The notes below the pieces were generated by a model that worked only from the letters and a program-made list of their open reading frames with translations, had not been told where the DNA came from and searched no databases. Both the position numbers and the translations under genes were made by a program. A DNA stretch of 64,000 nucleotides. Source: Acidimicrobiales bacterium. Lineage in GTDB: Bacteria > Actinomycetota > Acidimicrobiia > Acidimicrobiales > Bog-793. The stretch spans positions 13,895 through 77,894 of the forward strand of contig JBEKLQ010000005.1 in the NCBI GenBank assembly GCA_050010115.1. The letters run 5' to 3'. This document shows, piece after piece, positions 28,296 to 37,748 of the stretch (its first letter is position 1; each line of letters opens with the position of its first letter).

Positions 28296-29588
28296 TCAGC
28301 AGGGCGCCGGGTCCCAGGGTTCCGGGTAGTTCTTGCTGGTGTCGATGATCGGGACCGTCGTCGTGCCGGTGACGGCCAGAGAGGTCGTCGTCGTGGTCGA
28401 CGTCGAGGTGGTCGAGGACGACGAGGTCGACGACGTGGACGAGCTGGTGCCCGGCTTGGCGCTTGACTTCGTGCCGAACGCCAAGAATCCCCTGATCATC
28501 GGCGTGTCGTCCTTCTGCACCGGCAGGAGGATGTCAGCGCCGTCGTAGACCGCTCCCGAAGTCGGGAGCACCTGGGTCGACAGCGCAGCTGAGGCGACGC
28601 CACGGAACTGGATCGCCAGACTCTCTATCTCGCCCGTCGAGAACAGAGAATCGACCTGTACGTTCCGCACGGCATCCTGGAGGAAGCTGTTGAGCGAGAG
28701 GGGGTTGTGTTCGCTGTCGGCTCGCTTGATGACAGCGTGGAAGAACGCCTGCTGACGGCGGATACGGCTGAGATCCCCGAGCCCGTCGTAGTTCCACTGC
28801 CCGTCCGTGTAGTACCACAGATCCCGGCTCCGGACGAGCTGCAGTGATCGGAGGCCGTTCAGGAACTGGCAGCCGGTGTGCGTGATGCGAAGACCGGTCT
28901 CGATGTCCTTGACCCGATCCGGGAAGTCGAGGTACACGCCCCCGAGCGCCTGGACCGCGTTGGTGAACCCGCAGAAGTTCACTGCCACGTAGTGGTTGAT
29001 GGGGATGTGGAAGTCCTGCTCCACCGTCTCGACGAGCTGGCTTGGTCCGGTGTTGAACGCTGCGTTGATGCGGTTCTCGGTGTTCGTGCCGGCGATGGGC
29101 ACGTAGGTGTCCCGCGGGATAGATAGCATCTCGGCCCGCCTGTCGGCGGGAACCAGTCGCAAGACGATGAGCACGTCGCTTCGCTGACCCGTGACGGGTA
29201 CGCCGTTGTCCACATGTGACTTCGCTGTCGGGTTGCTGGCGACGCAGGACCTCGAGTCCGAGCCGACCAGCATGATGTTGATCGGCGCCCCAGGGGCCTC
29301 CTTCTGCTCTCCCTTGACGGTCACTTTCTGGATGTGACCGAACGTGTAGTTCAGGTAGAACCAACCGGCACCGCCGAGGAGCAGCGCCAGCACGACGACG
29401 ACGGAAGTCCCGATAACCGTCCGCCTCACCCAGCGACGACGCTTGCGCCCACCGATCACGGTTGCCGAGCCCGCCGCCTTCGGCTTGGAACGACGGGGGC
29501 GGGAGGTGGAACGGGGGCGGCCCCGCCCAGTGGTGCCGTCGGGACCCGGCCCAAAATCGCCGGACATTCCCGATCCGTCAGTTGTCAC
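28296..29588 (-). CDS. LCP (LytR-CpsA-Psr) family cell-wall glycopolymer ligase
   Basis: A basic cytoplasmic N-terminus, one TM segment, and an LCP core (NIMLVGSDSR ... RSDVLIVLR ... SIPRDTYV ... INAAF). A Ser/Thr-rich tail ends in YPEPWDPAPC. Confidence 0.85.
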   Translation of the reverse strand: MTTDGSGMSGDFGPGPDGTTGRGRPRSTSRPRRSKPKAAGSATVIGGRKRRRWVRRTVIGTSVVVVLALLLGGAGWFYLNYTFGHIQKVTVKGEQKEAPGAPINIMLVGSDSRSCVASNPTAKSHVDNGVPVTGQRSDVLIVLRLVPADRRAEMLSIPRDTYVPIAGTNTENRINAAFNTGPSQLVETVEQDFHIPINHYVAVNFCGFTNAVQALGGVYLDFPDRVKDIETGLRITHTGCQFLNGLRSLQLVRSRDLWYYTDGQWNYDGLGDLSRIRRQQAFFHAVIKRADSEHNPLSLNSFLQDAVRNVQVDSLFSTGEIESLAIQFRGVASAALSTQVLPTSGAVYDGADILLPVQKDDTPMIRGFLAFGTKSSAKPGTSSSTSSTSSSSTTSTSTTTTTSLAVTGTTTVPIIDTSKNYPEPWDPAPC

Positions 29589-29635
29589 GGCCAGTCAGGA
29601 TAGTGGGGAAGATGGCGTTCTCCATGTCGCCACTG

Positions 29636-30967
29636 TCAACACAGCGTCGGGTTCCACGGCTCGGGCAGCGACTGCGGAGTGTCGGTCACCACGCCAGTGG
29701 GCACGGTTGTCGAGGGGACCCTCGTGGTCGACGGCGTGGAGCTCGATGGCCTCGGACCGCTGGATGAGGTGGTGCCACCAGCCGTCGAGCCGAGCGAGAG
29801 GAAGCGCTGGATCGTCTGGTTCGCATACGGCTGGGCTGCGATGAGGGCGTCTTGGCCGTCGATGGTCGCGGACGAGGTCGGCAGCACCGTGGTCACGAGG
29901 GCGCCCTCACCGAGCGAGTGGTAGTGGAGCCCGAGGCTGAGCATCTCGCCGCTGCTAAGGGACGTGTCCACGGTGAGGTCCGACACGACGGCCGAGAGAA
30001 ACGAGTTCAACCGGAACACGTTCGGGAACACGCCGTGGACCCGGTTCAACAGCGCGTGGAAGAACGCCTGCTGGCGCCGGATGCGGCTCCAGTCGCTCAT
30101 GCCGTCGTAGTTCCAGGTGTGGTCCTTGTAGTAGTAGAGGTGCCGGCTGCGGACCAGGGCGAGTGCTTGGGCACCGTCGATCACTTGGCACCCGGTCGTA
30201 CGGATGTCGAGGCCGGAGTACTGGTCCCGTACGGGCATGGAGAAGTCGAGGGAGATCCCACCGAGCGCGTCGACCATGGATTGGAAACCACAGAAGTTCG
30301 TGAGCATGACGTGGTTGATCGGGATGTGGAAGTCGTGCTGGATCGTCTCGACGAGCTGGTTGGGGCCGGAGTCGAAGGCGGCGTTGAGCTTGTTGGATCC
30401 GCCCGTACCAGCGATCGGTACCCACGTGTCGCGGGGTATCGACAGCATCGCCACCTGGTGGGTCGACGAGATCAGCCGGACGACGATCATGACATCGCTG
30501 CGCTGACCCGTCTGCGTCGTGCTGGAGCCGAACGCCTTGGCTTGAGCGGCTGTCGTGACGCACGATCGCGAATCTGATCCGACGAGCAGGATGTCGATCG
30601 GTTGACTTGCCCGCTCAGGTGTGAGCGCTGGTACCGCCTCCCGGTGGATGCTGTCGAGCCGCGAGGTCAGGTAGAGATAGCCCGCGCCCGTGGCCACGAG
30701 CAGGAGCGGTACCAGCACCCCGAGGAGGACGACGACCCGCTTGAGCCAGCGCCGGCCGCCGGCTCCACCCGAGTGGAGGCCACCGGCCCTGAACGTGGTG
30801 CGGGAGGATCCGGCCGCCGAGCCGAACGACGACTGACCCTGCCGGCCGAACAGCTTGCGCCGCCGCCGCTCGACCCGATAGGTCGCTCGAGACGGCCCGG
30901 GTATGGGCGGAAGATCACTCGGCACGCTGCCCGAGGTTACCGAGGATGGCGCCCGTTCTGGGGTCAC
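29636..30967 (-). CDS. LCP (LytR-CpsA-Psr) family cell-wall glycopolymer ligase, paralogue
   Basis: LCP core (DILLVGSDSR ... RSDVMIVVR ... SIPRDTWV ... LNAAF). A Ser/Thr-rich tail ends in LPEPWNPTLC. The GTG at 30967 overlaps the GT2 stop (GTGA); the longer 31219 start overlaps the GT2 gene and is rejected. Confidence 0.85.
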   Translation of the reverse strand: MTPERAPSSVTSGSVPSDLPPIPGPSRATYRVERRRRKLFGRQGQSSFGSAAGSSRTTFRAGGLHSGGAGGRRWLKRVVVLLGVLVPLLLVATGAGYLYLTSRLDSIHREAVPALTPERASQPIDILLVGSDSRSCVTTAAQAKAFGSSTTQTGQRSDVMIVVRLISSTHQVAMLSIPRDTWVPIAGTGGSNKLNAAFDSGPNQLVETIQHDFHIPINHVMLTNFCGFQSMVDALGGISLDFSMPVRDQYSGLDIRTTGCQVIDGAQALALVRSRHLYYYKDHTWNYDGMSDWSRIRRQQAFFHALLNRVHGVFPNVFRLNSFLSAVVSDLTVDTSLSSGEMLSLGLHYHSLGEGALVTTVLPTSSATIDGQDALIAAQPYANQTIQRFLSLGSTAGGTTSSSGPRPSSSTPSTTRVPSTTVPTGVVTDTPQSLPEPWNPTLC

Positions 30968-31725
30968 CCCTCGCGGGCGGGGCAGTCGCTGTGGGACTGG
31001 CGCCGGCCGAACCGCTCGCGCCAGAGCAGCCACCGGAGGCGCAGCAATCCGGTGGCTGACTCGATGCTGCGTTGCCAGACCGGGGTTCGGGGCGGTCTCA
31101 ATTCGACGACGACGGCCGGGAGCTCGGCGACCCGAACACCGGCGCGGGACGCCCGGAGCACCAGTTCGACGTCCCAGAGCGATCCGGTCATCTTGCAGGC
31201 CTTGGCGGCCCGAGCGCACTGTGCCCGGGCGAGCACCTTCATGCCGTGCGCGTCGGTAACCGGCATCTGCAGCAGCACCCGCATCGCCAACGTGAAGCCG
31301 GCGGTCAGCAGGCGGCGCAGGAGGGGTCTCCGGTCCTTGGCCCCGGGCGCTCTCTTGCTGGCGAGCACGATCCCGGCCACGCCTGCATCGACGAGCGCGA
31401 GGCCCTTATCGAGAAACCCGACGTCCACATAGTCCACATCGAAGTGCACGACGACCGGTGCGGTCGCCTCGTCGAAACCCTTCGCCACCGCCGCCCCGTA
31501 GTCCGCAATCGGGAGTGTCACGACGCGGACTTCGGGAGTTTCCGATTCGATCCGCTCGGCGAGCGGGAGCGTGCGGTCGGTCGACCCGTTCTCCACGATC
31601 ACGACCTCGAATGCCTCGTCGCGGTCCCGCATGGCCTTCACGAGGTCACGTACCGAGCCCTCCAGCAGGTCAGCCTCATTGTGGGCGGGTAGCACGATCG
31701 AGCAGCGGAGGGGTCCGGCGGTCAC
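30964..31725 (-). CDS. family-2 glycosyltransferase (polyprenyl-phosphate sugar synthase-like)
   Basis: IVLPAHNEADLL ... VVIVENGSTDRT ... a DxD-like HFDVDY. The GTG start overlaps the stop of the large membrane protein (GTGA). Confidence 0.85.
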   Translation of the reverse strand: MTAGPLRCSIVLPAHNEADLLEGSVRDLVKAMRDRDEAFEVVIVENGSTDRTLPLAERIESETPEVRVVTLPIADYGAAVAKGFDEATAPVVVHFDVDYVDVGFLDKGLALVDAGVAGIVLASKRAPGAKDRRPLLRRLLTAGFTLAMRVLLQMPVTDAHGMKVLARAQCARAAKACKMTGSLWDVELVLRASRAGVRVAELPAVVVELRPPRTPVWQRSIESATGLLRLRWLLWRERFGRRQSHSDCPAREG

Positions 31726-34388
31726 AACGAGAGGCTCGCTTCATACGTGCCGCTCGCCGATTGTGGGTCTTCGGTGCTGTCGTCAGGCGACGGGCTCTCG
31801 TCATCGTCGAGGGGGTCGTCCAGTGGGTCGCATGCCTCGCTGGGCTCGATCGGGAGCGGCTTCGGCACCATGGGATCCGGGCCGATGTCGACAGGTGGCC
31901 GCACGATCAGAACCCCGACGCCCAGGACACCCAGCAGTGAGGCGGCTTTGCCAGCCCAGTCGATGCCGGTGGTCCCATAGCGGAGCGTCACGTGGTGTGA
32001 CGTGGGCACGACGACCATCACGTTCGGTGATGCCTCGTAGGGCCCGGACGCGCCCGTCGCCTGCCAGTTGGGAAAGTACGGGATCTTGACCGCCACCGGG
32101 CTGCCGAGCGTCGTCACGTCGAACGAGATGGACGAGTCCATCTGCTCGATATGGGAGACCGTGGTGCCTTTGGCCGGCACGGCGTCCGACGCCGGCACGA
32201 GGCGGCCCGGTCGTTCGTGCTGCCAGGACGCCGGACCGCTGCGGGCGATTTCGACGGGCCAGTAGCTCTCGCTCTCGTACCACCTGAGGTTCGTCGCCAT
32301 GAACGTCTGGGCGCTGGACAGCTCGACCACTGGGTAGTTCGCGAGCGGCGTTACGACAGGGCTGTCCTTGATGAGGTACAGCTGCCAGACCGGGTGTGGG
32401 TCGGGGAGGTTGTTGATATTGCCGGGGAAGCCCGTCGTCTGGGCGATCTTCACGAGTGATCGGTCGGCTGCCGCTGCTGCCTCGACGGGGGGCGACATCG
32501 CCAGGAAGTAACGAACACCCATCAGCTGGAGATGGCGGATGCCGTCGGGCAGGTTGTAACCAGGGTACTCGAGGCCGGACACCGGGTCGGGCGCCTCGCC
32601 GATCTGCGACACCTCGCTCACATCGAGGAAGTGGAACGGGGTCGTGGTCGAGGACTCGAAGTAGATGCCGTCGGTGGTCTGCATGCAGCCTTTGGTCCAC
32701 ATTGGCAGCGCCATCATGGCTTCGGTCGACCCGAACGGGTCCGTGGTCTCCGAGATGTACTCATACTGGAGACGCCCGCACCCGTACTTGGCACCGGCCT
32801 GATCCAACATGTTGATCATCCCCTGGAACTCCGGCCAGCCCGACTTGCCCTGGAAGCCTGTGTAGTTCCAGTCGATCCAACCTTGTACCTGGGTCTGTGA
32901 GCCGTTCGGACCGATCCCCGGAAATGCCCCGATCAGACCGCCGGCCTGTGCCCCGCCCGCCAGGCAGGCGACCGTGCCGAGCACCGTCCCGACCGAGGCG
33001 AACCACGGGCTGCGCAGCAGGAAGGCCAGACCGCGGAACACCTGAGCGACTCCGTAAGCGGCCATCAACAGTACGAACAAGAACCAGAACGGGAGCCACC
33101 GCCCGTTGTAGACCGCACCGGAGGGCAGGTAGCCGAACGCGACTCCGGATCCCAGCGCCGCCAGGGCGAGGACGCGTGCGAATGGGTCGAAGTGGGCGAT
33201 CGCGATGATCACGCCGATGATCGCCGGCACCAGGAACCACCAGGAGCCTGCAGGCGCCAGGTTGGACCTGAGGCCTGGGATCCGGTTGTAACCCATCGAA
33301 GAGCTGAACGAGATGTAGGAAGCGAAGGGGAGCAGCCAGAAGGCGGCGAGGAAGGCGCCGGCGATCCCGACGGGGATCAGTACCTTCAATGCACTGAGCC
33401 GCGCCATCGACAACGCCAGCACGATCGCCACGGCTGCGAATGCCATCGCCGGCACGATGTGGCACAGGACGGTGGCGGCGAAGAGCACTGCTGCCAGCCA
33501 CCGCAGCCGGCCCGTGCGAAGGGCGTACATGAGCACGCCGAGGAACAGGACTCCGAAGCTCATGGCGAGGCTGAACGAGAACTCGCCCGCCATCGTCGAG
33601 GTGATGTTGCCGCCGTCGATCGTGTACGAGGTGTTGAACAAGTAGGGCAGCATCGCCGCCGCCATGAGCACGGGCGCGGGACGGCGGAAGCCGGCGAGAC
33701 ACCCGAACGCCCACACGCAGACCGGGAGCGTGACCGTGCCTGCGACCGTGACGAGCTTGAACGCCACGGCGTAGGGGAAGACCAAGTTGAGCACCGCCAC
33801 CATGAGCCCCGGCAGGGGGAAGTAGAAGACGTACAGAGGGAAGCCGTCGAACCACCAAGGGTCCCAACCGGTGAGGCGTCCGTGGTTGAGGAGGTTGTGG
33901 ATCAGGAAGTAGGGCGCGGCGACGTGACCGCCGTTGTCCCCGCCGACGTCCATGTTCGGGCCGAACAGGAGATCGGGGCGCAGCTGCCAGACCACGAAGA
34001 CAGTGATCCCGAGAATCACGAGGGCGGTGAGGATCTTCTCGGCGAGCTCGATGCCCGGCGTGCTCTCCACGATGTGGGCGAACTCGAGCCGCCGGCGCTG
34101 CATCCGCGAAAGAGCCGGCGGCTCGAGCGCGAGATCGGCGCCCTTCCAGGCGACACCCGATGCCCAGGGCGGCCGTCGGGTCGCCGTTCCGCCGGCCAGC
34201 GGCGCGGAGATCAGCGTGTCCGGGTCGGCGAGCTGGGTCCCGTCAGCGTACAAGTCGGGCTCCGCCTGGCCGTCGGCCCCGGGCAACGGTGGCCCGGCAA
34301 GGCCCTCGTGATCGTCCACCTCAGGCGGTGAATCTCCGGAGCCTGGCGCGCTGAAGCCGCCCGCCGACTTCGGATCCCGCTCGCTCAT
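31722..34388 (-). CDS. large polytopic membrane protein, putative GT-C/YfhO-like glycosyltransferase
   Basis: 888-aa ORF. About 13 or more TM segments follow an acidic, Pro-rich N-terminus. An early loop contains DVGGDNGGH, and a large C-terminal extracytoplasmic domain follows. Translationally coupled to a GT2. Confidence 0.55.
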   Translation of the reverse strand: MSERDPKSAGGFSAPGSGDSPPEVDDHEGLAGPPLPGADGQAEPDLYADGTQLADPDTLISAPLAGGTATRRPPWASGVAWKGADLALEPPALSRMQRRRLEFAHIVESTPGIELAEKILTALVILGITVFVVWQLRPDLLFGPNMDVGGDNGGHVAAPYFLIHNLLNHGRLTGWDPWWFDGFPLYVFYFPLPGLMVAVLNLVFPYAVAFKLVTVAGTVTLPVCVWAFGCLAGFRRPAPVLMAAAMLPYLFNTSYTIDGGNITSTMAGEFSFSLAMSFGVLFLGVLMYALRTGRLRWLAAVLFAATVLCHIVPAMAFAAVAIVLALSMARLSALKVLIPVGIAGAFLAAFWLLPFASYISFSSSMGYNRIPGLRSNLAPAGSWWFLVPAIIGVIIAIAHFDPFARVLALAALGSGVAFGYLPSGAVYNGRWLPFWFLFVLLMAAYGVAQVFRGLAFLLRSPWFASVGTVLGTVACLAGGAQAGGLIGAFPGIGPNGSQTQVQGWIDWNYTGFQGKSGWPEFQGMINMLDQAGAKYGCGRLQYEYISETTDPFGSTEAMMALPMWTKGCMQTTDGIYFESSTTTPFHFLDVSEVSQIGEAPDPVSGLEYPGYNLPDGIRHLQLMGVRYFLAMSPPVEAAAAADRSLVKIAQTTGFPGNINNLPDPHPVWQLYLIKDSPVVTPLANYPVVELSSAQTFMATNLRWYESESYWPVEIARSGPASWQHERPGRLVPASDAVPAKGTTVSHIEQMDSSISFDVTTLGSPVAVKIPYFPNWQATGASGPYEASPNVMVVVPTSHHVTLRYGTTGIDWAGKAASLLGVLGVGVLIVRPPVDIGPDPMVPKPLPIEPSEACDPLDDPLDDDESPSPDDSTEDPQSASGTYEASLSL

Positions 34389-34563
34389 CTCTCGCTCGCT
34401 GGCTGTCCTCGGCGGACCCGGATGCCAGGTCCGACGGCCGCATGCACGGGCGAGAATCTACTCGGGGAGTTCGTGCGGTCGACTTCGCCCGCTCCCTGGC
34501 GCGTGACGCGGGCACCGCGCGCTTGCAGGCCGGGGTTAGCGCCGGTGCTACTTTGAGAGCCTC

Positions 34564-34637
34564 GGGCCGTTGGCGCAGTCTGGCAGCGTACCTGCATGAC
34601 ACGCAGGTGGTCAGAGGTTCAAATCCTCTACGGCCCA
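34564..34637 (+). tRNA. tRNA-Val (anticodon GAC)
   Basis: Hand-folded cloverleaf. Acceptor GGGCCGT/ACGGCCC, D stem GCGC/GCGT, anticodon stem CCTGC/GCAGG with loop ATGACAC, T arm AGAGG-TTCAAAT-CCTCT, discriminator A. CCA is not encoded. Confidence 0.85.
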
Positions 34638-34753
34638 CTGTTGTGACGTCCTGCGACATCTGGACGTCTTCCCGAGACATCCCGACAGTACGTCGCTTCT
34701 CGACCGTGGTGGTACTTCGCCGGGTCGATCGCGCGGTGCCGGAGCGGCTCGCC

Positions 34754-35311
34754 TCAGCCGATCTCGTCGCTGTGCCCGCTGAAGCGGAGGATGAGGAGCC
34801 CGAGCAGAAGGAAAACGACCACCCCGACCCCGACACCGAGAGAGATCAGGGTGTCAGTGAAGTCCGAGGTCGTCAGGTGGGAGCTCAGTGTCAGATGGGC
34901 AGAGGCGCTGAGGATGTCCCTCACGCCGGCCAGGATGCCGATGACCAGGAACGGCCGGACTGGGAAGACCGAGGACCGCAGGTGGCGAAACACCGTGTGG
35001 ACGATGTCGAGGAGGATGATCACGACCAAGATGCCGTCGATCGCCCCGACAACGGTTCCGGGGAAGGCGCTCCATTGGTCAAGGAAATCGATGATTGTCC
35101 GCACCAGCACGACGCCGGCCAGCATCAGCAGGCTGACCACGATGGCGTATTCAATCGTGACGATCACCCAGTTGATCAACAAGTCGGACCCGGGGTGAGA
35201 CCTCCCCGTGACCGTGGGGTCGTCCGCCACAACGCTCACGATAGTGCCGGTCCGACGTCCGGTTGCGATCCATCGGGCTGTGCTCGTGCCCTCACGACCC
35301 GCGCAGGGCAT
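34754..35311 (-). CDS. PsiE-family (phosphate-starvation-inducible) membrane protein-like
   Basis: Four TM segments with a PsiE-like pattern (ILVVIILLDIVHTVFRHL ... PFLVIGILAGVRDIL). The start is uncertain because the N-terminal ~35 residues look non-coding. Confidence 0.5.
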   Translation of the reverse strand: MPCAGREGTSTARWIATGRRTGTIVSVVADDPTVTGRSHPGSDLLINWVIVTIEYAIVVSLLMLAGVVLVRTIIDFLDQWSAFPGTVVGAIDGILVVIILLDIVHTVFRHLRSSVFPVRPFLVIGILAGVRDILSASAHLTLSSHLTTSDFTDTLISLGVGVGVVVFLLLGLLILRFSGHSDEIG

Positions 35312-35363
35312 GCTGTGTGCGCGGGTAACCCGCTACACGTTCGACAGGCCAGGGAGGCGCGCC

Positions 35364-36920
35364 ATGCATGTCCCGCTCACGATCTCGGACTTCTTGGACC
35401 GGGCTGCCCTTGTGTTCCCCGATCGGGAAGCCGTTGTGGACGAGCCCGGCGTGGCGGGCGACCTCGGTCGCATCTCGTACCGGGAGCTCGACGCCAGGGC
35501 CAACGGCATGGCTGCGGCTCTGGACGATCTCGGAGTGCCCGTCGGAGGCCGTGTGGCGATCGTGAGCCCGAACGCGACGCGGTTTCTCGTGGCGTACTTC
35601 GGCGTGAGCGGCTCGGGTCGAGTCCTCGTGCCCATCAACTTCCGGCTGAACGCAGCTGAGGTCTCCTACATCGTCGAGCACTCCGGAGCCGAGGTGCTGC
35701 TCGTCGACCCCGACAGTGACGCGGCCTTGGCCGATGTGACGGCGCGCGAGCGCATCGTCCTCGACGGCGCTGCCGACGCAGCGCTGTTCGCTCCGATCGC
35801 CGCCGGCCGCCGCCTGCGGGGATGGGACCCGGACGAGAACGCCACGTGCTCGATCAACTACACGAGCGGCACGACAGCGAGGCCCAAAGGCGTGGAGCTC
35901 ACGCACCGGAACTGCACGCTGAACGCTATGGGTTTCGGTTGGCACACCACCGTCACCGACCGGGACGTGCTGCTGCACACTCTGCCGATGTTCCACTGCA
36001 ACGGCTGGGGCATGCCGTATGCCGCTACCGGCATGGGCGCGCGACATGTCGTGTTGCGTAAGGTCGACGGTGAGGACATCCTGCGGCGCGTGGAGAACGA
36101 AGGGGTCACTCTCATGTGCGGCGCCCCAGCCGTCGTTGCCGCCGTGCTGGCGGCGGCCGAGGCGCGAACCGAGCGCGGCGAGGCGATCCCGGGACGGGCA
36201 ACCGGAGCGAACGTCCGGATCGTCGTTGCCGGGGCACCACCTCCGAGCAGTGTGATCGAGCGAGTCGAGACCGAGCTCGGCTGGGAGTTCATCCAGATCT
36301 ACGGCCTGACGGAGACGGCCCCCCTGCTGACGATCAACCGGGCACCATTCGAGTGGGACGACCTCGAGCCCGCCGAACGGGCGCGGCGGCTCTCGAGGGC
36401 GGGAACACCGGCGGTCGGAGTCCGGTTGTCGATCGATGAGGAAGGTGAGGTGTTGGCTCGTTCCAACCACGTCTTCGCCGGCTATTGGAACCAACCGGAG
36501 GAGACCGCACGGGCACTTGACGGTGGTTGGTTCCACACCGGTGACGGGGGCTATCTGGACGGTGCCTACTGCGTGATCTCGGACCGCAAGAAGGACGTGA
36601 TCATCACCGGAGGCGAGAACGTGTCCTCCATCGAGGTCGAGGACGCGCTCTACGGGCATCCCGCCGTGGCTGAAGCTGCCGTCATCGGCGTGCCCCATGA
36701 CCGCTGGGGCGAGACCGTGAAAGCGCTCGTGGTCCTCCGCCCCGGCGCCGAGGTGACCGAGGCTGAGGTGATCGAGTTCTGCCGTTCGCGCCTCGCGCAC
36801 TTCAAATGCCCGACGTCGGTCGAGTTCTCCGAGACGCTGCCGCGGACCGCGACAGGCAAGCTGCAGAAATTCAGGCTGCGGGAGCCGTACTGGGTCGACA
36901 GGTCGCGTCAGATCAGCTGA
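35364..36920 (+). CDS. AMP-dependent acyl-CoA synthetase/ligase
   Basis: AMP-binding motif INYTSGTTARPKGVELTH, YGLTET, GWFHTGDGGYLD and the C-terminal PRTATGKLQKFRLR. The ATG at 35364 is preceded by AGGGAGG. Confidence 0.9.
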   Translation: MHVPLTISDFLDRAALVFPDREAVVDEPGVAGDLGRISYRELDARANGMAAALDDLGVPVGGRVAIVSPNATRFLVAYFGVSGSGRVLVPINFRLNAAEVSYIVEHSGAEVLLVDPDSDAALADVTARERIVLDGAADAALFAPIAAGRRLRGWDPDENATCSINYTSGTTARPKGVELTHRNCTLNAMGFGWHTTVTDRDVLLHTLPMFHCNGWGMPYAATGMGARHVVLRKVDGEDILRRVENEGVTLMCGAPAVVAAVLAAAEARTERGEAIPGRATGANVRIVVAGAPPPSSVIERVETELGWEFIQIYGLTETAPLLTINRAPFEWDDLEPAERARRLSRAGTPAVGVRLSIDEEGEVLARSNHVFAGYWNQPEETARALDGGWFHTGDGGYLDGAYCVISDRKKDVIITGGENVSSIEVEDALYGHPAVAEAAVIGVPHDRWGETVKALVVLRPGAEVTEAEVIEFCRSRLAHFKCPTSVEFSETLPRTATGKLQKFRLREPYWVDRSRQIS

Positions 36921-37114
36921 CACGAGGGAAGATAACCCTTCGATTGCTTGGGGAATCTGGTCGGTGGGCCGTTCTGATGTCGGATCGGCTGCACCTCATG
37001 CCGGTCGAATCTGCCTTCGCAGTTGACCTCTCCTGACGCTCGGTAAGTGACAGTGCTTGATTTCTCTGCGAAATTGCTCTTGTATGTCGTGGAATTCTCC
37101 GAGATCACCAGGAG

Positions 37115-37651
37115 GTGACGGTGAACAGAACAGAGCTCATCGGCAAGATCAGCGAGGTAGCTGAGTTGTCGAGGCACGAGGCCGAGAAGGCCTTGAATTC
37201 GACGCTGTATGCGATCTCACACGCTGTGAAGGGCGGTGACGCAGTCAGGATCACCGGGTTCGGTACCTTCCGGCTTCGTGACCGTCCGGCACGGACGGGT
37301 CGCAACCCGCAGACGGGTGCAGCGGTGAAGATCAAGGCCTCGAAGGGGATTGCCTTTGCTCCGGGAGCGACGCTGAAGACTCAGCTCAACGCTCGCGGCG
37401 CGATCCCGAAGCCGGGTGCCGCTCCCGCCGCCAAGGCAGCCCCTGCAGCCAAGGCGGCTCCTGCCAAGAAGGCGGCTCCAGCCAAGGCGGCTCCGGCCAA
37501 GAAGGCGGCTCCTGCCAAGGCGGCTCCGGCCAAGGCCGCGCCTGCCAAGAAGGCGGCTCCTGCCAAGGCGGCTCCGGCCAAGAAGGCGGCTCCTGCCAAG
37601 GCGGCTCCCGCCAAGAAGGCGGCTCCGGCCAAGAAGGCCGCGAAGCGTTGA
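37115..37651 (+). CDS. hup: HU-type nucleoid protein with a Lys/Ala/Pro-rich C-terminal tail (HupB/HupS-like)
   Basis: The N-terminal 90 aa form an HU fold (NRTELIGKI ... RITGFGTFRLRDRPARTGRNPQTG). The C-terminal ~80 aa are (P)AKKAAPAKAA repeats. RBS AGGAGG precedes the GTG start. Confidence 0.9.
   Translation: MTVNRTELIGKISEVAELSRHEAEKALNSTLYAISHAVKGGDAVRITGFGTFRLRDRPARTGRNPQTGAAVKIKASKGIAFAPGATLKTQLNARGAIPKPGAAPAAKAAPAAKAAPAKKAAPAKAAPAKKAAPAKAAPAKAAPAKKAAPAKAAPAKKAAPAKAAPAKKAAPAKKAAKR
37420..37645 (+). repeat. in-frame degenerate tandem repeats encoding the AAPAKKAAPAKAAPAKK tail of HU
   Basis: Repeated gccaagaaggcggctcc / gccaaggcggctcc units are visible in the DNA. Confidence 0.8.
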
Positions 37652-37652
37652 G

Positions 37653-37690
37653 CCTGCGCGCTGCTCGGGCGAGTGCTCGAGCAGCGCAGG
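37653..37690. terminator. GC-rich hairpin between convergent hup and the PIG-L gene (possible bidirectional terminator)
   Basis: CCTGCG(cg)CTGCTCG ... CGAGCAGCGCAGG, a 13-bp stem with a 2-nt bulge. There is no clear U-tract. Confidence 0.35.
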
Positions 37691-37748
37691 CTGCACCCTT
37701 GGCGCACCGGTAACGGGCCTGCCCGGTCACCGATGGGCACACCGACCG

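Noticed and set aside
30968-31219. N-terminal 84 codons of the 527-aa LCP ORF
   Set aside because: These codons overlap the GT2 coding sequence. A GTG at 30967 gives a GTGA coupling junction and a normal LCP N-terminus.
33192-36923. Long antisense ORFs 33192..34331 (+) and 35292..36923 (-)
   Set aside because: Antisense to the 888-aa membrane protein and to the acyl-CoA synthetase respectively. The translations are charged, low-complexity artefacts.
36921-37114. Promoter for hup (TTGACC at about 37022, TTGATT at about 37059)
   Set aside because: No -10 hexamer with acceptable spacing could be paired with either -35-like hexamer, so no promoter is reported.
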